Shown: positions 26,056 to 38,978 of the stretch, piece after piece
Position numbering within the stretch: position 1 is the first letter of the stretch
How the letters are laid out: every line of letters starts with the position of its first letter
From: Octopus sinensis
Lineage: Eukaryota
Assembly (NCBI RefSeq): GCF_006345805.1
Contig: NC_043006.1
Span: 82,894,001 to 82,958,000, forward strand
DNA length: 64,000 bases
Reading direction: 5' to 3'
The notes under the pieces: generated by a model
Databases searched by the model: none
Seen by the model: only the letters and a program-made list of their open reading frames with translations
Told to the model about the DNA's origin: nothing
Position numbers and translations under genes: made by a program

Positions 26056-26370
26056 ATTTTGCTGAATTTTCTGCTGCTTGAAATAAAACATATATATATA
26101 TGTATATAAAATAACAATTTAATAAATAAAACATATTCATACATATATATATATATATGTACATACCTACATCTATATGTATATATACATGCATATATGA
26201 GTACTCTCCAAGTAAGTTTTATATAAGTATATATTACTTTTTACCCTCTGCCTTTTATGTTTTATTGTGTTTCAGGCATTAGACTGTGACCATAATGGAG
26301 CAGCGCATTGAAGAATTGTCGTCAAACGGATCGATTCTACTCATTTTTACCACCGGAGTGGATATATATA

Positions 26371-26460
<90 letters not shown>

Positions 26461-26579
26461 AGATGTATATATAGGATTATACATTTATATATTTATGCAC
26501 ATTTATATATATGTATATATACATATATAATTACATACATACTTATATACATATATATATGTATATATATATATAATAT

Positions 26580-26610
<31 letters not shown>

Positions 26611-26752
26611 GATTATTTATATATTTACGTACGTTGTTTATATATATATATATATATATCAGGGAACGTTTCAAATACTGGTGCAGCACAGCCAAAGGTA
26701 GTGCCCTGGCTTGACAGCAGGTTTAAAGTTGAAAAAAAACTTTAAATTTAAA

Positions 26753-26794
<42 letters not shown>

Positions 26795-27315
26795 ATAGAT
26801 AGATAGATAAATAGATAGATAGATAGATATACACCCGCATATACATCGTGTGTGTGCGCGTACAAATGTATATATGCAGGGGTGGTATGTATACATAGGC
26901 ATGTGTGTGCATATGTGTGTATTTATTGTATGACTGCATGCGTGGGTGTGATGTGTGAGTGTGCGTGATTGTGTTGAAGTGACTGTCGTGCGCCGACATC
27001 ACCTGCAAAATGATGCTCTCTCCTAATGTTCTGTAATTATAGAGATGATCGCGGAAGAGATCGATGAAAAGATCGATAAAATAAGTACAAGACGTAAGTA
27101 AATACTGGAGGCAAATATGATCGACTAAATTTCTTCAAGGTAGAGCTCCAGCATGACCGTAGTCCAGTAAAAGAGAAAACGTAGGTGCGATTGTGTCTAT
27201 ATATTTATCAAACGTACATACATACATACACACACACACATACATACATACACACACACACATACATACATACACACATACATACATGCATACATACATA
27301 CATACACACATACAT

Positions 27316-27736
27316 ACTCTTTTACTTGCTTCAGTCATTTTGACTGTGGCCATGCTGGAGCACCGCCTTTAGTCGAACAAATCGACCCAGGACTTATTCT
27401 CTGTAAGCTTAGCACTTATTCTATCGGTCTCTCTTTGCCGAACCGCTAAGTTACGGGGACGTAAACACACCAGCATCGGTTGTCCAGCGATGTTGGGGGG
27501 ACAAACATAGACTCACAAACATATACACACACAAACATATTTATATTTATATATATATATATATACATATATACGGTGGGCTTCTTTTCAGTTTCTTTTT
27601 ACCAAATCCACTCACAAGGCTTTGGTCGGCTCGAGGCTATAGTAGAAGACACTTGCCCAAGGTGCGGTGCCACGCAGTGGGACTGAACCAGGAACCATGT
27701 GGTTCGCAAGCAAGCTACTTACCACACAGCCACCCC
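27316..27736 (-). mobile_element. SINE family A, full length
   Basis: Tail, internal TA tract, head to CACACAGCCACC. Confidence 0.9.
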
Positions 27737-27739
27737 TAC

Positions 27740-27770
<31 letters not shown>

Positions 27771-27825
27771 CATACATACATACATACATACGTACATACA
27801 AACATACATACATAAGTACATACAT

Positions 27826-28225
27826 GCCCCAGTCAAAACCTCAATAAAATGTAAACACAATAGACCTGACATAATCATATGGGATAGGGATGAGAAGCTG
27901 TGCACTGAACTTTTGAGAAATTTGCAGTTACACCTCCAGATTACAAGTCGACGTTATTACCTGTAATTATTCGGGCACAGGTATATGTAACACACTGCCT
28001 AAATACAAACCTTGAGAAATTAGGCTTCTCAAAACCAGAAAGCAGAAAGCTGATTTGAAGGCGCCAGATCCAATCCATCACTGGAACTGTAAAAATTTGT
28101 GAAACTTTCCAGAAGTTTATCGTTAAGTTTTTTATGAGAATGTCTAGATATCCAGGTACATGTATGAGAATACATACATAAAACGAAACATACAAGAAAT
28201 CTTGAAATAAAACTGAAGAATGGCA
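27826..28225 (+). mobile_element. 3' fragment of an RLE-type non-LTR retrotransposon (second family) within (CATA)n
   Basis: VKTSIKCKHNRPDIIIWDRDEKLCT (RPD motif), then in another frame VTHCLNTNLEKLGFSKPESRKLI*RRQIQSITGTVKICETFQKF; (CATA)n on both sides. Confidence 0.75.
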
Positions 28226-28374
28226 TACATACGTACATACATACATACATACATACATACGTACATACATACATACATACATACATACATACATACATAC
28301 GTACATACAAACAAACATACATACTACATACTTACATACATACATACATGCATGCATGCATGCATACTAATCTT

Positions 28375-28790
28375 TTTATCTTTTATCTTTTTTTGTTTCA
28401 GTCATTAGACTGTGGCCAAGCCGGGGCATCGCCTTGACGAATTTTAGTCAAAAGAATTAATCCAATATTTTATAAGCCTGGTATTCAATACGCCTGGTAT
28501 TTTTATCCATTCTATCCATTTCTTTTGCCGAACTACTAAGTTACAGAGATGTAAACACACCAACATCGGTTGTCTAGCAGGGGTGGTGTACAAAGACTGA
28601 CACAGACGGACACATACGCGCGCACACACACACACATGCACACGCACGCACACTTGCTTCTCACCCATATGATTCCGTGTTCACTCCCACTGCGTGACAC
28701 CTTGGACGAGTGTCTTCGTTTATAGTCTCGAGCCGACAAAAATTTTGTGAGCAGATTTTGTAAATGGAAACTGAAAGGTATCTTCGTGTA
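28375..28790. mobile_element. SINE family A tail (minus) joined to a head in opposite orientation (plus)
   Basis: TTTCAGTCATTAGACTGTGGCC tail 28375-28620; CCCACTGCGTGACACCTTGG head 28655-28790 on plus. Confidence 0.7.
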
Positions 28791-29270
28791 TCTGCTTTTC
28801 TCTATCACCACTGTCCCGTTGTTTGTTATTGATAACTGATCTTATTGATGAAAACTGGTTTTCATTAATAAGATAAATTATGTTTTTTGCTTTACATTAA
28901 TATTGTTAAACTTTTTGAATTATTTACTGCTAAAATACATATATTTGTATATTTATTGTTTTTTATTATAATATCTAAATTTATGTTATTTTTTTTGTTA
29001 TGTTATTTTTTTGACTTGAAGAGTGGCTAAATAATTTTAAATTGAATTAATAGTGAATTAAAAGTTTTTTAATTAATTTTTTTTAAATTTTATTTTATTA
29101 TTATCGATTTATATATTTAGTCATGAAACGCGCGTAATCAATTTAATATTTGATGTATTATGAGATTTTTAGGAGAATAATTATAAGATATTTAATTAAT
29201 TTCTATGTGTTTATTATAGATAATATCTTTTCACTATTGATGGAATAATTAGACAGTGGTTTGTCTCTAA

Positions 29271-29337
<67 letters not shown>

Positions 29338-29349
29338 CATACATACATA

Positions 29350-29712
29350 TACTGGGTTCAGTCCCTCTGCGTACACCTTGGGAAGTGTCTTCTACAGCTG
29401 ACTCGGGCAGACCAAAGTCTTGTGGGTGGACTTGGTAGATGGGAACCAAGAAAAGCTTGTATATGTGTGCGTGTGCCTTTGTGTCTGTGTTTACCCTCAC
29501 TACCACCACCACCACCACCACCGCTTGACAACAGGTTTCGGTGTGTTTACGTCTTCGCAACTTAGAGGTACGGCAAAAGAAATTGATGGAATAAGTAACA
29601 GTCTTTAAAAAATATAAGTAGTGGGCTCGATTCTTTCGACTAAAATTCCTCAAAGCGGTGCTCCATCATGGCCGCCGCCTAATGCCTGAAACCACTAAAA
29701 CATAAAAGGCAA
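29350..29712 (+). mobile_element. SINE family A, diverged, internal (CAC)n
   Basis: GGGTTCAGTCCC, GACCAAAGTCTTGTG, GCGGTGCTCCATCATGGCC. Confidence 0.8.
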
Positions 29713-29983
29713 AAGGCAAAAAGTAATATACATATATATATATGCATACATATATGAATACACACACACACACACACATACATATTGATTTCGATGGGCC
29801 AAAATTGTCACATTCTGTGTCACGTGGAGTTTCTGTGAGAACTAAGTTAATGTACGCAAGTCTGCAGAGTGCTCAGCCACTTGCACGTTAATTTCACGAG
29901 CGGACTGCTCCGTTGATCGTGTCATCTGGAACCCACGTCGTCGTAACCGACGGAATGAAATTAAAAAAGTTACCAAGCATATA

Positions 29984-30044
<61 letters not shown>

Positions 30045-30280
30045 TTTAGATAATAAATCGTACGGTATACACCTGGTAGCTTACCGGTAAAGCATTCACT
30101 TTCACAATGTTCGTTGGGTATTTGATTAATGACAGAGGGATCGATCCTAGATGGGTCGAAAGAAATTTAGTCGTTAATAAACATTCTCTTTATCTTCCAT
30201 CCTCCGATTCTCACATTCATCAAATACATACACACACACATACATACATACATACATACATACATACATACATACATACA

Positions 30281-30316
<36 letters not shown>

Positions 30317-30319
30317 TAT

Positions 30320-30535
30320 ATCGCCATGTTGATTCGCTAGCTTCTGCACGCATTTTTTTTCTCTCCTTGTTTCTCTCCGTGTTTCTTTTCTGTGTATCTT
30401 TCTGTTGAAGAGCGTAGGCTCGAAACGTAAAAAGACTTGTTTTATTTATATTCCTGAGCGCCATACTAATACAATTGTTTGTTTGTATTCCACCTGCCTC
30501 CGTCTTTTGTTTATTTTCATAAAGCTTCCCGTTAT
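30320..30535 (+). mobile_element. short hammerhead-containing element, family 2 (Penelope pLTR-like)
   Basis: Between microsatellites; relatives at 12192 and 50525-50705 (minus); contains motif 30397-30434. Confidence 0.65.
30397..30434 (+). ncRNA. minimal type I hammerhead motif, family 2, variant core
   Basis: TCTTT/AAAGA stem I, CTGTTGA core (A6 changed), stem II GAGC-GTAG-GCTC, GAAAC, ACGT palindrome, GUA triplet. Confidence 0.55.
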
Positions 30536-30617
30536 ATATATATGTACATATGTAGGAAGGGCTAAAGATACCATACCAAAATATTTGATATTTTGTGTAT
30601 ATTACGTTTTGTCTAAG

Positions 30618-30692
30618 GAGAGACATTACGCCAATATTAATTAATAACCCACGCACAGTGCGTGTGTTATTAATATGGGCGTAATGACTCTC
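30618..30692. repeat. 75-bp hairpin
   Basis: GAGAGACATTACGCC..CACGCAC-A-GTGCGTG..GGCGTAATGACTCTC, with one 4-nt bulge. Confidence 0.8.
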
Positions 30693-31008
30693 GCTAGATG
30701 CAACAGAGTTTGTTTCAGCGCACATATTCACGTTAAGTATTTTGCAAATCGGATACAAAAACAAATTGTATTACATTATTATTATTAGTAGTAGTAGTAT
30801 TTATTATTTTATTTATTTTATTCAATTTTGCAAGAAATTCCCGTAAGTCTTCTTAATACCGGGCCGTATATAAAAACTAATTGGTGCGTTACTTTTGGTC
30901 CGTCCTGTATATATTTGTATGTGCATCAGGGTTTGTGTTTGTGTGTGTTTGTGTCTGCGGTGGCTGTGTCTCTGTCTACTCGTGTGTTTGTGTGTGTCTG
31001 TGTGTGCC

Positions 31009-31050
<42 letters not shown>

Positions 31051-31319
31051 CGTGTGTGTGTGTGTGCGTGTGTGTGTGTGTGTGTGCGTTGTGAAAGTAA
31101 ATGAAGAACAGAGAGTGAATTAAACAAGAAAAGATATGAGAAAGAAAAGACAATACTTGGTAATGAACATTATATGCCGCTATTCGCACTTCCACCTGCC
31201 CTTCAGACTCTACCGTCACCTTATAAACATCACCGCCACTTTAACAACACTTTGTAAACAACGTAAGCGTATGAATCCCGCAGCAAACCACGCCGTGATA
31301 CAAAATGGAACATTGGCGT

Positions 31320-31820
31320 TGGGGGCTGTCATTGTATTGGTGGTGGTGGTGGTGGTGGTGGTGGTGGTGGCGGCGGCGGCGGTGGTGGCGGCGGTGGTGG
31401 CGGCGGTGGTGGTGTTTGTAGTGGTAGTAATGATTGTGTTGGTGGTAGTTGTGGTGGTAATTTTGATGGTGTGGGCAACGGTGGTGATCATGGTTCTAGT
31501 GGGGATGCTAGTGATGATAGTGGTGATAGCAGTAGTGGTGGTCGTATTGGTAGTGACGTTGATCGTAGCGATGATAATGGTATGGTGTTGGTGGTGATGA
31601 TGGTATTGATGGTGCTGGTGTTTGAGATAGTATTGGTCGTGCTGGTGGTATTGGTGTGGGCGGTGATGATGATGGTGGTAACGATAATCGTGATGGAGTT
31701 GATGGTGATTGTGATGATGGTGGTGATTGCATAATGGTAGTGATGGTGGTTTGACAGGTGTTGGTGAGAAGTGGAGACGGAAGCGGTGGTCGTGGTAGTG
31801 GTTGTAACTGTTGTGTAGAA
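31320..31820. repeat. (GGT/GTG/GAT)n degenerate trinucleotide tract
   Basis: Direct reading; source of the poly-V ORFs. Confidence 0.9.
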
Positions 31821-32291
31821 GGAGTGTTATTCTTGTGTACTATTAGTGGTGGTAGCCACCTACGGAATTAGTTTTTAAATAAAAAAAAACGGAGATACGT
31901 TGTATAAGATATTGAAAACGAAAGTAGAAAACAAAAATCAAGTTGATGGTCGAAACAAGGGTTAGATGAGTAGATCGGAATGAGATTTCACTGAAACTTC
32001 ATCAGACACTACAGTAGAGGCAGGTTTAATGATCGGGAAAAACAGCCCCTATGAGAAGTTGACAGTAATAAATAAAAAAACATATATGCAAAAACCAAAC
32101 ACACTTAGCCACGCCCATTCCAGCTATTTTTCCGCCTCACGCAGTTCTAAGGTTGCTTATTTTAATCTAATTTGTCTCCTCTCTCTGTCTCTCTCTTTCT
32201 CTGACTGTCTGTCTGTCTGTCTCCGTTTCTGTATTTGTATGCTCTGTGTATATATATGTGCGTGTGTGTGTGTGTGTGTGTATACGGTTAC

Positions 32292-32336
<45 letters not shown>

Positions 32337-32344
32337 ATATATAC

Positions 32345-32539
32345 GCGAGAAAGAAGCAACAAGAATGGATAGGTTTTTAGTACGATCGTTTCATACAAGG
32401 ACAGGTTTTATTAAAAGTTGCAAAGATTACAGATTACAGATCGTTTATATGCTGTAATCTTTGCAACTTTTAATAAAACCTGTCCTTGTATGAAACGATC
32501 GTACTAAAAACCTATCCATTCTTGTTGCTTCTTTCTCGC
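32345..32539. repeat. perfect inverted repeat, 88-bp arms, 19-bp spacer, abutting (TA)n
   Basis: GCGAGAAAGAAGCAAC..GATTACAG mirrored by CTGTAATC..GTTGCTTCTTTCTCGC. Confidence 0.92.
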
Positions 32540-32996
32540 TTATAATCACCCCACATTACTGTATTGTTAAATCAGTATAGTTTTTTTTGGTGCATCTAAG
32601 TTAGGTACCATATTCAAGTAAATTTTTTAAATTAACTTGAATCTTTATTGCTCTTTGTATATATATATATATATATATAATATATATATATATATATACA
32701 AACACACATGCGTGCGCACACACCCACACGCATACGCGCGCACACACACACATACACACATATATATATAGCATCGAACTCATTAGGTTGAGACGGTCAG
32801 TGCAGTTACTCAGGCTTTCCGCGTGTTCAAACACATTTCAATCAGTTCCTGTAAGAAGCGTTAACTCCGACTTGCTGCGAAGATGTCAATCCCTCTCCCG
32901 CCCTCTCTTTCTTTCCCTCTCTCTTCCCCTCTCTTTCTGTATCTCCCTTTCTCTTTTTCTCTCTCTCTCTCTATGCTATCTATCTATCTATCTATC

Positions 32997-33043
<47 letters not shown>

Positions 33044-33169
33044 GTCTATCTATCTATCTATCTGTCTGCCTATCTCTCCCTCTCTGTATATATACCTGTG
33101 TGTGTGTACATATGTGGCTGTGTGCATTCCAAAAGTTTAAAGAGAATCACAAGAAATGATATTTTTACC

Positions 33170-33226
<57 letters not shown>

Positions 33227-33400
33227 TTAGATAAAGATATCATTTGTTGTGATCCTCTTTATATATATATATATATGTAACATCAACTTCGAACGCAGTT
33301 CGACAAATGGTCTTGTTTTTTTCAGCTTGGAAAACGGCGAAATAAATTAATATTTCAAAGAGGAAACTCTGGGTAGCTGTATTTCACAAGAATTTTGGTT

Positions 33401-34025
<625 letters not shown>

Positions 34026-34529
34026 AATACATGTATGTATATACATATGTATATATACTCATGCCTAAACATCAGGTAACTACGGGTAAATACTACGTAT
34101 TTCTTGAAGTGGTATATCTAAGGCATATTCACCCTATTTCTTTAAGTTACATAGAAATACAATCATAACACCCATTTACTTCTGAGATGTACAATAACTT
34201 GTATTGCCTATGCAGAAACGGATCTATCTCACATGTCCATGTATGTGTGTTGGAGTGCGTGAGTGCTTAATGTTCCGTTGATTTAAGCAGTTGCTTTCTA
34301 CTTTAGGATGAAGCCTCAGAAAATCAACACTGTATTGTCTATACGGGAATCTAAGCATATTTATTCATCGTAGCCATCTACGATGGCCAGGTCTAGCATC
34401 AGTGGTCAGTTTGAAAAACCTGATCACCAGTACACAGTTGGAATTATATGATACGATATGATATATTATATTATAATATAAATATTAGAATGAAATAAGA
34501 TATATAACATAATAATCATATATATCTTT

Positions 34530-34759
34530 TCTTTTATCTCTTACATCTTTCAGTCATGGGATTACGGCCAAGCTGGTGCATTCTCTCGAAGACCTTTAAC
34601 GGAATGAATTAACTCTAGTGTTTACCTTTTAAGCCTGGTACTTCCATCCGGCTCTTTTGCCGAACTGCTAGGTTACGGGAACACAAGCACACCACCCTGG
34701 TTCTCAAGCGGTGTAGGGTGGACAAACACAGACACAAACGCACACGCACACATACATAG

Positions 34760-34799
<40 letters not shown>

Positions 34800-34975
34800 T
34801 CTCTTTACTCTATTTTTACTCTTTTACTCGTTTCAGTCATTTTGACTGTGGTCATGCTGGAGCACCGGCTTTAGTCGAGAAATCGACCCCAGGACTTATT
34901 CTTTGTAAGTCTAGTACCTATTCTATCGGTCTGTTTTGCCGAACTGCTAAGTTACAGGGACGTAAACACACCAGA
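34530..34975 (-). mobile_element. two adjacent SINE family A tail halves
   Basis: TTTCAGTCATGGGATTACGGCC (old) and TTTCAGTCATTTTGACTGTGG (younger) blocks separated by (CA)n. Confidence 0.75.
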
Positions 34976-34996
34976 CATATGTGTGTGCATATAATA

Positions 34997-35307
34997 TATG
35001 ACTGACCGTGGGATTGCACCTAGAAAGTTACCCTCCGAGGCACATGTCTGGGCAAGGTTGTTTATGGAAGACCAGCAGTCGCCCATGCATACCAGTCTCC
35101 CCTCTCCAAGCCACCAGTTTTATCCAAGGGAAAGGCAAGGGCCGATACAGTTTGGCACCTGTGTTGTCGCAACTCATTTCTACAGCTGAGCAACGTGAAA
35201 TAAAGTGTCTGGCTCAAGAACACAACACGCAACCCGGTCCGGGATTCGAACTCACAACCTCACGATCGTAAGCTCGACGCTCTAACCACTGAGCCATGCG
35301 CCTTCAC
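34997..35307 (-). mobile_element. SINE family C
   Basis: Reverse complement of the 20681 element; ends CTAACCACTGAGCCATGCGCCTTCAC. Confidence 0.88.
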
Positions 35308-35992
35308 ACGTATGTTCATATATATGTACATATGTGTGTGTGTACGTGTGAGTGTGTGTGGGGAGCATTGCTTGTGCGAGTGTGTGTCATTTAGCTTTCA
35401 AGAGAGAAGGTTATCGCGAAGGTAAAAGATCAATTCGCGTGCAATAATTCTTGACTTATTGTGCTGAATCAGCAACATTATTCCACTTAAACTGAGTATC
35501 ACTAAATAAACAAGTTCTTCTGGAGTCTTCTCAGTCAGATTAATTCATTAGTAGCACCACTTACTTGGTTCTGTAAACAGATTGATTTCAGATATAATTT
35601 AGCAATGCTAACGTAAGCCGTTCTTATTTATGATTCTTATATATTAATATTTACCTTCTGAAATCAATTATCTTCGTTGTCTAAAATGTCAATTTTGCCT
35701 CTACAGCAAGTAAATATAGATACAGGAATTCTATAAAAGTAGGTAGGATGATATATTATCGAATAATCATAAATGAGAATTAGAGAAGCTCAACCAAATA
35801 CTTTCACCTGTAGAAAATTATCCTCTTCGTTTTATCATATGCGTGCGTGTGAGCATATGTATGAATATGTGTGTATGTTCATATATATATATATATAAAT
35901 GCTTGTATTTATAAATTTCTCTCCATAACTACCAATCTATATTTATCTGCGCGTCTGTGTACGTGTGTATGTGGGTTCCTCTATGTGTGTGT

Positions 35993-36029
<37 letters not shown>

Positions 36030-36061
36030 TGTGCGTGTTTATGTGTGTAATGATGGATGTC

Positions 36062-36159
36062 CATTCGTGACCGAGTATGACTATAGTAGAAGACACTTGC
36101 CCAAGGTGCCATGCAGTGGGACTGAACCCGGAACCATGTGGTTGGTAAGCAAGCTACTT
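36062..36159 (-). mobile_element. SINE family A head, split by an insertion (remainder 38301-38332)
   Basis: CCCAAGGTGCCATGCAGTGGGACTGAACCCGGAACCATGTGGTT-GGTAAGCAAGCTACTT resumes after 38300 as GGTAAGCAAGCTACTT-ACCACACAGCCACT. Confidence 0.88.
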
Positions 36160-38300
36160 TATTTCATAAAAATTTGCCATAAAGGCATTACAAAGAGTAG
36201 CTGCGGGCTGGACATATACATTGATGAGGTGAATGATGAAATAAGGATGATATTGATGAGAGATGGCAAAAACGCCCGCCGATTTTCTCCTTCTCTACAA
36301 CATTGTTCTTTTTTTTTTTAAACCGAATAAAAGAAGCGAGGTATTGAACCTCTCACAACAGTTTTTACAGTTTTGGGACTTAATACTCCAAATATTAACA
36401 AATATTAACATGCAAAAAATATTCAATATACAATCAATACTAGTCCATTTACAAATGAGGCGCTGGGCCTCTTACACTTTATAACACTGAGGCTTTTCAA
36501 CCGCTTGTCAATTTTCCACCTCATAATCGCTTGTGTCCGTGTACTTCGCCATAACCCATGCTTCGTTTAAAATCACGGCGTGGTCCGAGTTGGCGTTACT
36601 CGGCCACGAGCGATACTCCTCTTTTAGTCCGTCCAGCATCATAAACAGGCGCAACGTTATGACCTCCACAGCTATCTGCGGATGCCATTCAGAATCCTGT
36701 GTGAAGGTATTCCCTCGTAGTGTTCTTTCACTATCTTTTCCACCTCTCCACCTCTATAAAAGAAGACCAACAGTTTCTCGTCCATCGGGTTCGGGGCGGT
36801 CAATTTTACCGTTGGCGGCACAATTCCCGCCAATGGTGTCCCCCCACCCTCCGGTGGTACAACTGACGAGGCTCCGTGACACTCCAGCGTCATGTCTCCG
36901 ACTGCCGGCAATGTTCCGGTTCTCCTCTTCCTCTTTTTTTTCTTCTCGACTGGGGGAGGGTGCGTCTTCTCCATGACCTGGAGATTCGCCTCACCTCATT
37001 CATCCTCAGGATCCTTCGGTGAGCACCCATTATTGCTCTCCTTCTTCCTTTTGCGGCTCTTCTTTGAGGAGTCCTCTGTCTCTTCGGCCGCCTTCATTCC
37101 CTCCTCTACAGAGGACTCCGTGAACTGCTCCGGGACTTTGCTTTGCCCTTGAGAACAGTTCTTTTTTATATGGCCAGGCTTCAAGCGCCGATAACACTGG
37201 TGGTGGGGGCGTCCCTCAAGAATCACCGGATACTTAGGCCCGGCCATTCTCAAAAAGTCTGGAAATACCAGACTTTCAGCTGACTGGGTCCATAGGGTCA
37301 AAACAGTTTTGGCCCGTCCCAGTCAGCCGCAGGCAGAATATTTACGCTGAGGATCTTGATGCTACTGCCACCCAGACTCCGGCAGATAGTATCTCCTATC
37401 TACTGGGGCTCAACTCCGGGTGGCAAGCCGCAAAACCAAGCCCTCGTCAAACTCTTCTCACAATAAGTGAAAAGAAACAAAATTTCATTACCCTCCAGGG
37501 GCTGACTTGCAAATTCACAGGCCACTTCTGGGGAGTCAAACAGCAACCACACGGTTGTGTATTTGACCCCACGAGTGATAAACTTAATCGCTGGCTTAAA
37601 TTCTGCCAGCTCTCTTTCGATTATATTTTCTGAAAACGGCAATGGCATCGAGGGTCCTATAGTAGGTCCTCAAAACCACCGTCTTACTTTCAAGTTCTTT
37701 TAACCATTTTTGGGGGAGGTGTAATTTCCCACTCCCTTAACTTTTCATTCTTATTTGCCATGCTTTTTTAAAGAGTCCAAAAATACAGTTGTTAAAATAT
37801 AAAATAATTAAAGAAAAAGAAGGAAGAGGACAAAAGTCCAAACAAAAGGAAGGAGAGAGAAAAAAATTAACAGTGCAATAATTTTTTTTTTAAATCAAAG
37901 ATAGACGAAGAGAGAGCAACAGTTCAATACACAGCAAAGGCCACTTGGTACTCCAAACCAAAATTTAACACGATTGTAAAACAGTTAAAAAATTATTCCA
38001 TTTTTCTTCGAGGTACTCCTTAACGGGAACAATACTATTTTCAAGCAAAACTTTTGGCAGGATACGCCCACCAAACCAATAATTTTCACAATTAAGTGAA
38101 TAATATTTTCACTCAGCCTCAGGCAGACTAGAGTCTAGTGAGGAATTCTTGTTTGTAAAAATAATTTGCGACATGACCCTCACTAGACGAAAGTCTTACC
38201 TTACAGCTCAGTTTCATAGATCTTCAATTTAAGACGGCTTCAAAAGCGCGTCTTACTGCTTCAGTGTCAAACACAACTCTGGCTCGCACATGCACAATGA
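36160..38300 (-). mobile_element. ORF1-only L1/Tx1-like non-autonomous retrotransposon (HAL1-like), 2141 bp, 16-bp TSD
   Basis: TSD GGTAAGCAAGCTACTT at 36144-36159 and 38301-38316; frameshifted ORF from about 37761 to 36510 with YPVILEGRP and knuckle-like CYRRLKPGHIKKNC; 3' end AAATAAA; no endonuclease or RT seen. Confidence 0.8.
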
Positions 38301-38689
38301 GGTAAGCAAGCTACTTACCACACAGCCACTCTTACGGTTATATAGAAAAAATATTTGAATGAAATAAACTATGTTCAGTTTTTACAGTCCAGGAGCGTAG
38401 CTTAGTTCTCCGAACTCAGGATCAAGGACAGTTTTCGTATCCTTATTTCAGCAGGCAACTTTTGTATATTTTTATTCATATCTATATAAACATATATGTC
38501 TGTAAAAGTATATTTCAACGAATTATGCATTTATGAAAGAACAGGCATACATGTAACTGTGTGTGTGTGTATTACGTAAAATAAAACGGATAAATAAAAA
38601 AAATGAGAAAAATAGATATGAAAAACTATATTTTCTACATTTTTTTAATCTCAATATTCACGTTTTTATTATATTATTGATTATATATT

Positions 38690-38880
38690 TCATGTGGGTC
38701 AGCTGTCAGCGAGCATTTCGGACAAAATATTTAGCGGTATTTCGTTCGTCTTTATCTAAGTTTAAATTCCATCGAGGTCGACTTTACTTCTCATCCAATG
38801 GGGGTCGATGAAATAAGGAGTAGTCAAGTCCGGGGAGGATGTACTCGACTCCCCCTCCTCTCAAAACTGCTGGTCCTATT
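38690..38880 (+). mobile_element. SINE family B, degenerate
   Basis: TTAGCGGTATTTCGTTCGTC..AAATTCCATCGAGGTCGACTTT. Confidence 0.7.
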
Positions 38881-38978
38881 CCATTATATTATTTCATTTT
38901 CATATCTAACAGTGGTATACAACTAAACGTTGGTAAACAAATATGTGAATAATTAACTTGTTTTTGATTTTATTGTAT

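Noticed and set aside
26655-26745. GAAAC-GTT with CAGGG/CCCTG pairing on the minus strand
   Set aside because: No CUGANGA-like core between the stems.
31136-31734. Long Val-rich / Thr-rich ORFs (also 52025-52613)
   Set aside because: Degenerate GGT/CAC repeats open in several frames; no domain signal.
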